A DNA stretch of 64,000 nucleotides, taken from the NCBI GenBank assembly GCA_964391675.1, contig CAYMMX010000006.1:33546-97545 (forward strand). The letters run 5' to 3'. Both the position numbers and the translations under genes were made by a program. The stretch comes from an uncultured Muribaculaceae bacterium (lineage in GTDB: Bacteria; Cyanobacteriota; Vampirovibrionia; Gastranaerophilales; Gastranaerophilaceae). Shown piece after piece: positions 1-9,711 of this stretch; the stretch's first letter is position 1; every line of letters begins with the position of its first letter. Under the pieces are notes generated by a model, which did not search any database, was not told where the DNA came from, and saw only the letters and a program-made list of their open reading frames with translations.

Positions 1-256
1 TAGCAAAGCTTTTTGCTATAACTGCTTTAACTCCGGAAGCTTTTATTGCAATAGGGGCATGTTCTCTTGATGAACCGCATCCAAAATTTTCACCTGCAAC
101 TATAACATCTCCTATCTGAACCTCTTTAGCAAAAGATTTATCTATATCTTCCATACAAAATTTTGCTAATTCTGATGGTTCTGAAGTATTTAAATACCTT
201 GCGGGAATTATAACATCAGTATCAACATTATCTCCATAAAGCCAAGCTCTGCCCAT
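1..256 (-). CDS. leuD: 3-isopropylmalate dehydratase small subunit (LeuD), N-terminal part; the gene runs off the window start
   Basis: Not in the ORF track because it is cut by the window edge. Reverse-strand translation from the ATG at 256 gives [22 protein letters not shown]...[35 protein letters not shown], which carries the LeuD/aconitase swivel-domain signature [13 protein letters not shown]. The ATG overlaps the hisB stop (TAATG). Confidence 0.8.
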   Translation of the reverse strand, partial: MGRAWLYGDNVDTDVIIPARYLNTSEPSELAKFCMEDIDKSFAKEVQIGDVIVAGENFGCGSSREHAPIAIKASGVKAVIAKSFA

Positions 257-840
257 TACAACAACCCTTTCGTTGATGGAATTATATCTTTTTTTGTTTC
301 ATCAATTGAGCACGCAATATTTAAAGCTCTGGCAAATGATTTAAAAACAGCTTCGATAATATGATGTGTATCTGCTCCGTCTAACATTTTTATATGAATA
401 GTAGATAAACTTGACTGAGCAAAACTATTAAAAAAATGAGGAAGTAAAACCGTTTCGAAGTCAGAAGTTTTTTCATCTTTAATTATAACATCTGTTTTAG
501 AAAAGGCTCTTCCACTTAAATCAATTACTGATAAAGCCAAAGCTTCATCCATAGGCAAAACAAAACTGCCATATCTTATAATACCCTTTTTCTCACCTAA
601 TGCATCTTTAAAAGTATCACCTAAGGTTAGTGCAACATCTTCAATAACATGATGGTTATCTTTATCATGAGATTTAACATCTATTTTTAAGTCAAAGCTT
701 CCATGAACAGCAAATTGTTCCAACATGTGTGTAAAAAACTTAATGGGGGTGTTAATCTCTCTTATACCCGTACCATCAATATTAAGTTCGATTTTTACTT
801 CAGTTTCTAAAGTTTTTCTTTCTTTTATACTTGTCCGCAT
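256..840 (-). CDS. hisB: imidazoleglycerol-phosphate dehydratase (monofunctional HisB, no phosphatase domain)
   Basis: 194 aa. It has the IGPD His-rich metal motifs '[14 protein letters not shown]' and '[19 protein letters not shown]'. The length fits an IGPD-only protein. Confidence 0.93.
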   Translation of the reverse strand: MRTSIKERKTLETEVKIELNIDGTGIREINTPIKFFTHMLEQFAVHGSFDLKIDVKSHDKDNHHVIEDVALTLGDTFKDALGEKKGIIRYGSFVLPMDEALALSVIDLSGRAFSKTDVIIKDEKTSDFETVLLPHFFNSFAQSSLSTIHIKMLDGADTHHIIEAVFKSFARALNIACSIDETKKDIIPSTKGLL

Positions 841-2567
841 TTTTCACCTTCAAGAAATTCAATTAAGTCCGTTACCTGATTTAATACTACCACAGCATTT
901 TTTGATTTCAATAATCCTCTTAAATCTTCTGATTTGTCTTGAGGTGGTAAAACACCTATACCCGTGACATTTCCCTTTAAAGCGCAAACCATATCATCAA
1001 CCGTATCACCTAAATAGTATATTCTATCAGTTATAATTTTACTTTTAATTATTTCGATTCCTCTACAATCAGGTTTCTGATGATTAATTGTAACATCTTC
1101 CATTGTTACAACAGGAGAAAAATATTTTGTAAGCCCATGCTTATCAAGAGTAAAATAAGCTTCTTTTTTTAATCTTCCCGTAAAAATAGCAAGATTAAAC
1201 TCACTGGATAAAACATCAAGAAAATCCTTATTAATTAATATATCCTCGCTATCTGCAAGTTTTTCATAATATGACTGAAAAACATTTATGATATTATCAT
1301 ATTCAATAACAAAGCCGTATTTTTTTAGTAAATACTGAGTTAAATCCCAATCATTATTTAGACCACCGAGTTTTTTTGCATCAGAAATTTCTTCGGGAGA
1401 AACTTTTTTATTTGTAAAATATTCAAAAGTATTTTGCACTGCAACTCTGTATGATTTAGAAGCATCTACAAGAACTCCATCCATATCAAAAGCAATCGTG
1501 GGTTTTATTTTTAAAGCTTCAATAATTTTCTGTACATTTTTAATCTTTGGAATAGCAATCCTGAAACAATTTTCTAACATTGGAGTTTGCTTAAAGTATT
1601 TAACTTTAATTTTATTTTTAAGTAATTTATGATAAATAAAATCAGCTTTTTCTCCAAAATCAACGCATAAAAAATTAGTTTTAGATGGATAAACCTTTGC
1701 GCCCAAATCTTTTAAAATACTAGTCAATAATTCTTTTGATTCTTCCATTTCGGATTTAACATTATTAAAATAATCTAAATCATCCAACGCTGCGATTCCT
1801 GCCTTTAGAGTTAAAGTAGAAACATTATATGGGCTTAAATACTTTCTTAACCACTGAATATTATTAACAGAAGAAATTATGTAGCCTAATCTAAGCCCCG
1901 CAAGAGCAAAATCTTTTGAAAAAGACCTGACAATAAAAATATTATCCCTATCTTTAATTAATTCTAAATTTGTTATTCCTGAATAATTTGCATATGTTTC
2001 GTCAATTAAAATTCCTTTTCCGTAAGCTTTATCAATAATTTTTTCGATATTTACAGAATCAATTACTTCACCCGTAGGAGAATTAGGAGTTGTCAAATGA
2101 ATAAAATCAGTGTTTGAAATATTATTTAGAAAATTTTCAAAAGGGAATTTCCATTTTTCATTATATTGAATTTCCTTATAATTTAAGCCATTTATTTTTG
2201 AATAAATTTTAGGCATTACAAATGAAGGACAAACAGTTAATACGGTTTGCCCGTATTCCATAAATGTACCTAAAATTGCACTAATTGCTTCATCTGCGCC
2301 TGCAGTTAATATTATGTTATCAATATTAACTTTATGAAATTCAGCAAGTTTTTTTAATAATTCTCCAAAGTAAGGATAGTATTGAATATCTCTAGCTTCA
2401 ATGTTTCTTAGCATGTTTAAGACTTTTGGTGAAGGTCCAAAATCACTTTCATTACTGTCTAATTTTAAATAATCCTGTTCGTCAAAAAGCGAAACATGAT
2501 ATGCTTGTAAGTTTTGAATTGTTTTCTTAGGCTTCATATCTATATTATATAATAAAAATTTAGTCAT
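825..2567 (-). CDS. hisC: histidinol-phosphate aminotransferase (HisC) fused to a C-terminal HAD-family phosphatase domain
   Basis: 580 aa. The N-terminal ~350 aa is aminotransferase class I/II with the PLP-lysine motif 'VRSFSKDFALAGLRLGY'. The C-terminal ~225 aa is HAD-like, with motif I 'FDMDGVLVD' and the Asp-rich motif 'GDTVDDM'. It overlaps the hisB start by 16 nt. Confidence 0.85.
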   Translation of the reverse strand: MTKFLLYNIDMKPKKTIQNLQAYHVSLFDEQDYLKLDSNESDFGPSPKVLNMLRNIEARDIQYYPYFGELLKKLAEFHKVNIDNIILTAGADEAISAILGTFMEYGQTVLTVCPSFVMPKIYSKINGLNYKEIQYNEKWKFPFENFLNNISNTDFIHLTTPNSPTGEVIDSVNIEKIIDKAYGKGILIDETYANYSGITNLELIKDRDNIFIVRSFSKDFALAGLRLGYIISSVNNIQWLRKYLSPYNVSTLTLKAGIAALDDLDYFNNVKSEMEESKELLTSILKDLGAKVYPSKTNFLCVDFGEKADFIYHKLLKNKIKVKYFKQTPMLENCFRIAIPKIKNVQKIIEALKIKPTIAFDMDGVLVDASKSYRVAVQNTFEYFTNKKVSPEEISDAKKLGGLNNDWDLTQYLLKKYGFVIEYDNIINVFQSYYEKLADSEDILINKDFLDVLSSEFNLAIFTGRLKKEAYFTLDKHGLTKYFSPVVTMEDVTINHQKPDCRGIEIIKSKIITDRIYYLGDTVDDMVCALKGNVTGIGVLPPQDKSEDLRGLLKSKNAVVVLNQVTDLIEFLEGEKCGQV

Positions 2568-2615
2568 TTATATAAATTTTGCCTTTAGATACAATATAAT
2601 GATATAATTTTTTTT

Positions 2616-3983
2616 ATGAAAAAAATATATTTACTAATTTTTGTATTCATTTTTTGTATGAGTAATGTAAAAGCATTTGAAATTGTTTACCCTAAAACAA
2701 ATCCTGTTAAAATAGATGCTCCATCGACTTTTTTTATAGGTTATGTATCTTCTGGTGAAAATTTAAAAATTAATAATACGATAATTGATATAGCTAAAAA
2801 TGGAGCATTTGCATATGTAGTACCGCTTAATTACGGGATAAACAAATTTGATTTAACTTCAGAAATAAAAACAATTAATTATAAAATAGAACGAGGACAA
2901 GACTCTAAGTCAAACAATAATGATACTATATTAGTAGAATATCCTGCTGTTAGCTTTTATGTAAAAAACGATAATACACCCCTTAGATTAACACCTGTTA
3001 ATAAAGGTATTAATAGATTATCTCATTTATGTGCCTGTACAAATGTGACAATAAACGGAGAAAAAGGAGCTTTTTACAGGGTTTATCTTAACTCTAAGTT
3101 AAACGGATGGATTGCAAAAACAGATGTAGAACAAACTAAAGATTCTTTTAAAAAAGCTATTTTAAAAGAATTAAAAATGGAAGAAGAAAAAAATTATTAT
3201 AAATATGAACTTATATTAGATAAAAAAATTCCATATATTTTGCAAGAAGAAAATGGTTTAACCTGCTATTTTTTTAACATAGAAGGAACAGAAGACAATA
3301 CCTATATACTTAAAATTCCGATAGATAAACTTTTCGGCTATGAGGCTTGCTATAAGAAAAATAATTTAATTATCAAAGTTAGAAAAACTCCCTGTTTAAA
3401 CAAACAAAAACTTTTGAATAATATAACTATAGCTGTAGATGCAGGCCATGGCGGATGTGAAAACGGTGCAATCGGAGGTTTTGGAGATAAAGAAAAAGAC
3501 ATCAATCTTGCAATTGCAAAAAAATTAAAGCAAGAATTGGAATCACGTGGAGCAAAAGTTATTATGACAAGAGAAGATGATATACAGATTCCGCTTAACA
3601 CAAGAGTTAAAATCGCACACGAAAAAGAAGCGTTAATTCTTATTAGTATACATTCAAATGCTCTTCCTGACGGGAAAGATCCTAATAAATACAGAGGAAC
3701 AAGTATTTATTACTATCATAATCAGGCAAAATCTCTTGCTGAAAATATATTAACAGAAATGACAACACAGCTTAAAACTCAAAATGACAAAGTTCGTCAG
3801 GGAAGTCTAGCTTTGGTAAGATCAACTTTTAACTTAAGCGTGCTTATTGAGGTTGCTTATATAATAAACCCTGATGACTATGCTCTTTTACTTGATAATA
3901 ATTTTCAAACCAATTGTGCAAAAGCTATTTCTGATGGGATTGAAAAATATTTATCCCATGATACTATAAATCTAGAAAGATGA
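2616..3983 (+). CDS. secreted N-acetylmuramoyl-L-alanine amidase (Amidase_3 / AmiC-like) with an N-terminal accessory domain
   Basis: Signal peptide 'MKKIYLLIFVFIFCMSNVKA'. The C-terminal catalytic domain carries 'IAVDAGHGGCENGA', 'DINLAIAKKLKQELESRGAKVIMTRE' and 'ISIHSNA'. Confidence 0.85.
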   Translation: MKKIYLLIFVFIFCMSNVKAFEIVYPKTNPVKIDAPSTFFIGYVSSGENLKINNTIIDIAKNGAFAYVVPLNYGINKFDLTSEIKTINYKIERGQDSKSNNNDTILVEYPAVSFYVKNDNTPLRLTPVNKGINRLSHLCACTNVTINGEKGAFYRVYLNSKLNGWIAKTDVEQTKDSFKKAILKELKMEEEKNYYKYELILDKKIPYILQEENGLTCYFFNIEGTEDNTYILKIPIDKLFGYEACYKKNNLIIKVRKTPCLNKQKLLNNITIAVDAGHGGCENGAIGGFGDKEKDINLAIAKKLKQELESRGAKVIMTREDDIQIPLNTRVKIAHEKEALILISIHSNALPDGKDPNKYRGTSIYYYHNQAKSLAENILTEMTTQLKTQNDKVRQGSLALVRSTFNLSVLIEVAYIINPDDYALLLDNNFQTNCAKAISDGIEKYLSHDTINLER

Positions 3984-3992
3984 GAAAGAAAT

Positions 3993-4958
3993 ATGCCAAA
4001 AAGACATTGTGCTATAGTTATTGGCACCACCAGTAATTTAACATTTGCCCTTGCAAATGTTATGATGGGGATAAAAAAACATTCTCCTGATTTTGATTGT
4101 GATTTTATAGTTTACCACAAAGATATAACCGAAAAAGATAAAGAAATAATAAATAATAAAATAACTCCTACGACTTTTATAGAATATGATTTTTTACTTA
4201 AGTCAAAAAATAATCAATTTTTTATTGATCGTTTTACTAACCTGGCTTTTTCCAGATACGAATGCTTTAATTTATTAAAAGAATATAAAAATGTTATATG
4301 GATTGATGTCGACACACTAATAATAAATGATATAAGTCAAATAATAGAATATGCAAAAGAAACGGGCTTTTCAATTCTTCAGGGGGGCTCCGTTGGATCC
4401 AACTTCAATACTCCTATTAATGGCTACAATATGAACAATATCGGTTGTAATTCTGGAGTTTTAGTCATTAATGAAAAATTACCCGAACAAGAAAAATTAT
4501 CACAATGGTGTTATAACAAAACAGAAGAATTAAAAGAAAAAGTAATAAGCCCTGATCAAGGAATCATATGTCTTATGATTGAAGAGTTTAATCTGGAAAT
4601 TAAACCATTACCAATCTTATACAATTGCTATCCTATTTATAATTTTGCAAATGAAGCATTTATATTACACACATGGGGACCAGAAAAATTCTGGAATTTT
4701 TATGATAATGCTCAATGGGATTCAGATTATAAAAGATGGATTGAATTTGGAGGAACTCCAGCCAATATAAGAAAGTTAACTGTCCTTCAAAAATTTATTT
4801 ATCAAAAAGTTAAAATAAGACAACACGAAATAAAATCATATAATTTGTTTTTAACTTACATGTTAAACAATTATAATATTAGTGAAGTCAGAGAAGCAAC
4901 AACAAAAGTTAAAGAATTAATAGAAAAGGGAATTATTCAAGCCGATAGTGTCGGTTAA
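3993..4958 (+). CDS. glycosyltransferase family 8-like protein
   Basis: GT8-type pattern 'FSRYECFNLLKEYKNVIWIDVDTLIINDI' (DxD), then 'CNSGVLVIN' and 'PDQGII'. It sits in an envelope-gene neighbourhood. Confidence 0.65.
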   Translation: MPKRHCAIVIGTTSNLTFALANVMMGIKKHSPDFDCDFIVYHKDITEKDKEIINNKITPTTFIEYDFLLKSKNNQFFIDRFTNLAFSRYECFNLLKEYKNVIWIDVDTLIINDISQIIEYAKETGFSILQGGSVGSNFNTPINGYNMNNIGCNSGVLVINEKLPEQEKLSQWCYNKTEELKEKVISPDQGIICLMIEEFNLEIKPLPILYNCYPIYNFANEAFILHTWGPEKFWNFYDNAQWDSDYKRWIEFGGTPANIRKLTVLQKFIYQKVKIRQHEIKSYNLFLTYMLNNYNISEVREATTKVKELIEKGIIQADSVG

Positions 4959-5542
4959 ATACTTAAGCTATTTCTTGCTTTTTTTAAATCTTCATGCATA
5001 AACCAACGTGGCGAATTCTCTTGTATTGAGTGGTTTCTTAGCAAATAGGAAGGATGAAATATTGGCATAGCCAAATACTTTTTTTGATTAATTTCGATTT
5101 TAAATGAACGTCCTCTTATTTTTGAAATTGGCTCTTTTGTTTTAATAAAAGATTTCATAGCAGTTGCTCCGCAAAGCAGTATAATTTCAGGGTTGATAAC
5201 ATCAATTTGAGAAATTAAAAAATGCTTACATGCCGCCTTTTCTTTATCTGTTGGAATTCTGTTTTTAGGTGGCCTGCATTTAACAGTATTTATAATATAT
5301 AAATCATTTTCTCTTGATATTTCTGCATTAGTTAAAAACTCATTTAATAATTTTCCTGCCCGTCCTACAAAGGGGGTTCCTTGTAAATCTTCATTTTCTC
5401 CGGGTGCTTCGCCTATTAATATAATCTTTGCCGTTTTAGGGTTTCCATCTGCAAAAACAATATTATTACGTGTTAAGTGTAAGTCACAAGCGTTACATTT
5501 ACTACATTTTAATTTTAATTCTTTTAACAATTTTTCTTTCAT
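4955..5542 (-). CDS. uracil-DNA glycosylase, family 4
   Basis: N-terminal Cys cluster 'CSKCNACDL', plus 'GEAPGENEDLQGTPFVGRAGKLL' and 'HPSYLLRN', which are the family-4 UDG motifs. Confidence 0.85.
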   Translation of the reverse strand: MKEKLLKELKLKCSKCNACDLHLTRNNIVFADGNPKTAKIILIGEAPGENEDLQGTPFVGRAGKLLNEFLTNAEISRENDLYIINTVKCRPPKNRIPTDKEKAACKHFLISQIDVINPEIILLCGATAMKSFIKTKEPISKIRGRSFKIEINQKKYLAMPIFHPSYLLRNHSIQENSPRWFMHEDLKKARNSLSI

Positions 5543-5544
5543 TT

Positions 5545-5573
5545 TATTAAAGAAGGTGCATCAAAGATGCACC
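5545..5573 (-). terminator. hairpin downstream of the phosphorylase gene (GGTGCATC-aaa-GATGCACC), followed by a T-rich tract on the minus strand
   Basis: Perfect 8-bp GC-containing stem at 5555-5562/5566-5573. On the minus strand it is followed by TTCTTTAATAAAA. Confidence 0.5.
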
Positions 5574-5598
5574 AACCTTCCATATTTCTATTATATTT

Positions 5599-7290
5599 TT
5601 ATTTTATATTAGAGAATGTCCACGCATCAAAACTTGGTTTTTCAGTAATTTTCATTTCCTGCTTTTCACCACCTGATGAATCATCATTATGAGCTATTGG
5701 ATTATATAATCTGTTAAAGTATTCTATAACCATTCTATCCGAGTTAAAATAAGCCTCAGAAGTTCTCATCGCTTGTCTGACTAATCTTGCCCATTCCTCC
5801 TTATTTTCATAATATGTAGGAATAATTTCATCTTCAATTTTACTCATTACACATTCATGATCTTTCCAGTGACGTTCTTCCCATGGCATTTCGTCATCAA
5901 GGCCCTCGTACTCAATAGTATAACCGTTAATACCATCGAATGTACCTTCAACAGTCCATCCATCAAATATTGATAGGTGGAGAGCCCCATTCATATTTGC
6001 AGACATGCCTGAAGTTCCTGAAGCCTCAAAAGGTCTTAAAGGAGTATTCAACCATATATCTGAACCCTTCTTTAATCTTGCACTTAAAGCAAGCTCATAT
6101 CCCGGAAGTACAACTACATTTTTCAATGTATGTGAACGATGAAGTATTTTATTAAACATTTCACGCCCCATAACATCATCAGGATGGAATTTTCCTGCAA
6201 AAATTATTTGAATTTTATTAGATTCTAACAATTTATTTAATCTGTCTTTATCCATTAAGATAAGCCAAGCACGCTTATAATCAGCAAATCTTCTTGCCCA
6301 TGTTATTGTCAAAACATCAGGATCAAATCTCTTACCTGCATGATCAGCTATATACTTAAATAATTCTACTTTCATCTGACGTTTCGCAGCAAGAATATCT
6401 TCAGGAGTTTTTGCAGAACCTATTCTTGAATCTTGCCAATAATGAAGATTTACAGCATTTGTTATTGCTCTAATAGGACATCTTCCATCAACCCATTCCC
6501 ACATTTTATTAGCAACTAAACCATGAAGCTGCGAAACAGCGTTTGCTATTCTGCTCATTCTCAAAGCTGCAACTGTTAATGAAAAATTTTCACCTCCGAG
6601 AGCAACGGCTTTTTCTCTGGGACATCCTGCAAAAAAGCCTCCCTGAATCAAAGTATCAACCCAATGAACTTCATTTCCGGCAGCTACAGGAGTATGTGTT
6701 GTAAAGACTGTTTTCTTTTTAACTTGTTCTAAATCGCCATTGTATTGCCTTAGTAATTCAAATGCAGCAGGAAGTGCATGACCTTCATTCATATGTATAA
6801 CATCAAATTTATAGCCTATTTGCTGTAAAATTTTAATCCCGGCAATTCCTAAAATTGTCTCTTGAGCAATTCTTATTTTTTCATCACCGTCATAAAGCTT
6901 ATAAGAAATACTTCTTGCCCACTCACTATTACCTTCAATATCTGTAGTTAATAAATAAACCGGGCATGCTCCAAATAATTCCTGTTCTACTCTATAAGCC
7001 TTAACTTTAACTTTTTCGCCAAAAGATTCAACTTCTGTATAAATATCTAAATCTGTTAAAAAATCATAATATTTTCTAATATAAGCAACTTCAACATTAC
7101 CTGTATGATCGATACGTTGATCATAATAACCGTATGACCATAACATAGTAATACCGACTATAGGTAATTGAAGATATCCTGCAGATTGCATGTGAGAACC
7201 TGCTAAAAAACCAAGTCCTCCGGAATATGTGCTTAGTGATTGATCTAATGCAATTTCCATTGAGAAATATGCTACATTTGGTAATGCCAT
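5599..7290 (-). CDS. glgP: alpha-glucan phosphorylase family (GT35) homologue; the likely start is the internal ATG at 7290
   Basis: Motifs 'GGLGFLAGSHMQSA', 'FTTHTPVAAGNEVH' and 'EASGTSGMSANMNGA'. The ATG at 7290 (MALPNVAYFSMEIAL) has AAAGGA 8 nt upstream. The 34-codon upstream extension in the ORF track is hydrophobic and has no SD. Confidence 0.85.
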   Translation of the reverse strand: MALPNVAYFSMEIALDQSLSTYSGGLGFLAGSHMQSAGYLQLPIVGITMLWSYGYYDQRIDHTGNVEVAYIRKYYDFLTDLDIYTEVESFGEKVKVKAYRVEQELFGACPVYLLTTDIEGNSEWARSISYKLYDGDEKIRIAQETILGIAGIKILQQIGYKFDVIHMNEGHALPAAFELLRQYNGDLEQVKKKTVFTTHTPVAAGNEVHWVDTLIQGGFFAGCPREKAVALGGENFSLTVAALRMSRIANAVSQLHGLVANKMWEWVDGRCPIRAITNAVNLHYWQDSRIGSAKTPEDILAAKRQMKVELFKYIADHAGKRFDPDVLTITWARRFADYKRAWLILMDKDRLNKLLESNKIQIIFAGKFHPDDVMGREMFNKILHRSHTLKNVVVLPGYELALSARLKKGSDIWLNTPLRPFEASGTSGMSANMNGALHLSIFDGWTVEGTFDGINGYTIEYEGLDDEMPWEERHWKDHECVMSKIEDEIIPTYYENKEEWARLVRQAMRTSEAYFNSDRMVIEYFNRLYNPIAHNDDSSGGEKQEMKITEKPSFDAWTFSNIK

Positions 7291-7472
7291 AAATTTATCC
7301 TTTTTCTGTCTAATTCTAATTTTAAATAATTGAACAATACTAAATACTGTTATAACAATAATATAGCATAATTTCAAGATATATGTGTTCATATATTTGA
7401 ATTATCTTAAAATAGGCTAAAACTATTACTAAACAGCAAACATGATAATATTAAGTTTTGTTAAGTTTAACA

Positions 7473-8480
7473 TTAATCATCTATTATTACTTGAAGTATA
7501 TCTTCCGGATTAATGTCAAGGCAACAAAGTTCATCGCATGTTGTTTGTCTTTTATCCCATAGGCAAGGTTTTAAAGGGCACTTATCATTTGCTAATATAG
7601 AAGTAACATTTTCACAATCAGGAATTAATTTTTTATAGTCTGTAGGCCCAAATATAACATATGTTTTAGTCTTTAAGGAAACAGCAATATGCAATGGTGC
7701 TGAGTCTGAACATAAAAATTTTTCCGAAGCACTGATAATTTTTGCTAAATCTTTTAAATTCTTCGTTTCTCCGTAATAATCTATAAACTTAGGGTTATTA
7801 CTATTATTAAGATTTTTCTTTATTGATTCAATACATTCTTTATCATCAGGTCCGCCAGCCAAAATAACCCTTTTGCCATTTTCTATCAATAAATCAATAA
7901 CCTTAGCCCATTTTTCCGCAGAAATTGTTTTTACAATTCCCATGTTAATGCTCATTTTACTTACACCCGGATGAATCAATACAGTATTTTTTTCTTTAGC
8001 TATAGAATCAATTTTAATTTCAGGCAAATATGTTTTTATATCCGTTAACGGTGTAACTAAGTCATGATACATATTACACGCATATTGCATTTTATTTAGC
8101 TTAACGGCTTTTGTAAGCAGAATCTTGCTTAATTTACCGGTATCATAACCATAACACTTCTTAATTCCGGTTAAAAAAAGGATAATGCTCATAAATTTAT
8201 TTCCGCCGGCAGTTATAGCCAAATCGAAATTACCTTTACGAGCTAAAAAAATAAGTTTTAAAAGTTCAAAATATTTGCTTTTTGATTTAATATCAACTAA
8301 AAACATCTCGTCAATAACATCAGTTAAATCCTTAATTCCTTTGCTTCTTGGTTCTAAAGCAAGTGTTATTTTAGAATTAGGAAACTCTTTCTTTAAAGAA
8401 ATTAATGCAGGCAGGAAAAGAATTTCATCTCCGATTCCTCCAAAATTTATTACAAGAATTTTTTTTACAGTCTTTGGCAT
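7473..8480 (-). CDS. glycosyltransferase family 9 (LPS heptosyltransferase-like)
   Basis: N-terminus 'KILVINFGGIGDEILFLPALISLKKEFPNSKITL', and C-terminal 'CSDSAPLHIAVSL...YVIFGPT'. This is the typical RfaF/RfaC-family pattern. Confidence 0.8.
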   Translation of the reverse strand: MPKTVKKILVINFGGIGDEILFLPALISLKKEFPNSKITLALEPRSKGIKDLTDVIDEMFLVDIKSKSKYFELLKLIFLARKGNFDLAITAGGNKFMSIILFLTGIKKCYGYDTGKLSKILLTKAVKLNKMQYACNMYHDLVTPLTDIKTYLPEIKIDSIAKEKNTVLIHPGVSKMSINMGIVKTISAEKWAKVIDLLIENGKRVILAGGPDDKECIESIKKNLNNSNNPKFIDYYGETKNLKDLAKIISASEKFLCSDSAPLHIAVSLKTKTYVIFGPTDYKKLIPDCENVTSILANDKCPLKPCLWDKRQTTCDELCCLDINPEDILQVIIDD

Positions 8481-8533
8481 TTTATTATTATAATTTAAAA
8501 ATATATAACATAAAGTTATATAATAATATTTAC

Positions 8534-9505
8534 TTACTGTTCTGAAAGTTTTCTGAGTAAAGGATTAAACTGGCAGTTAGGACTTTTAAATATATCATTG
8601 GATATTACATTAAGAAATTTATCATGATCAGGATGGTTTTGTTCAAAAATTGCCATATCATCATACTTCATGCTAAATTGAGAACCCCAATCACGAAACT
8701 CCCAAAAAGAAGCCTTAGCCCCTAAGTTTTCAGCAATTTTAACAAATCCCGGCATTTCTTTATAATTTAAACTATGAACAACAAAAGACAACTGTAAATT
8801 TTTTAAAAATCCTTCTTTTTTAATAGATGATAACCATTTTACATTTTCCATAACAGTTTTAAAATCACCATTTCTGGTTATTGTCTTATATGTGTTTTCA
8901 TTAATTGCATGAATTGAAACCTCAACGTTTAATAATTTTTCTAATATACCTAAGTCTTTGCAATTTTGCATATTACATAACAGACCATTTGTGTGAAGAT
9001 TAAATTTTATATCTGGATAAGTTTGACAAATAACTTTAATCAACTTTCTATAATGCTTACTTACAAAAGTTTCACCGCTTCCACAGAAACAAACTTCTTC
9101 AGCATTTTTCAACATTGGAATAAATATCGTTTCAATATTGCTGTCTAAAAAATCTGTATATTCTTTATCACTTAAGATAATATCATCTCTACAGGTAATA
9201 CATTTGTAATTACATGCTCTATCATTCGAAAATTTGATGTATTTAGGATAATCCGCTATTTCTTTAAACTCAGAACTGTTTAAGTCACCATTATAGCCAC
9301 AAATATTTCTGTTACAATACTTGTAACTATTATCTAAAATACTCCTACGAAAATCCCTGGCTTTATCAGAATTCCAAACATCCTCAAATGATTGTTCATA
9401 AAAGTTGCCAAAGGTATAATCGTTACACCAGGAAGGACAACATGGATTAATGTTTCCGTTTATAGAAACTTCCATGAAAAGAAAAGGATTAGGACAAACT
9501 GTCAT
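8534..9505 (-). CDS. radical SAM protein with an N-terminal SPASM/twitch-like Cys motif
   Basis: The core is 'ACNYKCITC' (CxxxCxxC) and 'CGSGETF'. Residues 4-25 read 'CPNPFLFMEVSINGNINPC' (C-x12-G-x4-C), followed by 'FGNFYEQSFEDVWNS'. The likely start is the ATG at 9505, with GAGGA 5 nt upstream; the ORF-track start at 9517 is TTG. Confidence 0.7.
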   Translation of the reverse strand: MTVCPNPFLFMEVSINGNINPCCPSWCNDYTFGNFYEQSFEDVWNSDKARDFRRSILDNSYKYCNRNICGYNGDLNSSEFKEIADYPKYIKFSNDRACNYKCITCRDDIILSDKEYTDFLDSNIETIFIPMLKNAEEVCFCGSGETFVSKHYRKLIKVICQTYPDIKFNLHTNGLLCNMQNCKDLGILEKLLNVEVSIHAINENTYKTITRNGDFKTVMENVKWLSSIKKEGFLKNLQLSFVVHSLNYKEMPGFVKIAENLGAKASFWEFRDWGSQFSMKYDDMAIFEQNHPDHDKFLNVISNDIFKSPNCQFNPLLRKLSEQ

Positions 9506-9711
9506 AAACATCCTCAATTAATTACTTACAACTAAAATTTTAGCATTATCCTAAAAGATTTGCAAACAAAAAGTGCATTATGACAAACTTTAACCTTCCT
9601 ATAAAAGGCACTTGAAACAATTCAAGATAATTTTATCATACATGCACTTTACACTTACATTTTAATAAATTTTTAAATAAAAAACATCCCCATTAAGGCT
9701 AATAAAATAAA

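Noticed and set aside
7291-7392. 34-codon N-terminal extension of the phosphorylase ORF (MNTYILKLCYIIVITVF...)
   Set aside because: It is hydrophobic, has no SD, and homologues begin near MALPNVAYFSMEIAL. The internal ATG at 7290 has a good SD. The same logic trimmed the ORF-track starts at 9517, 14750, 21301, 32229, 47788, 48091, 56825 and 57444.
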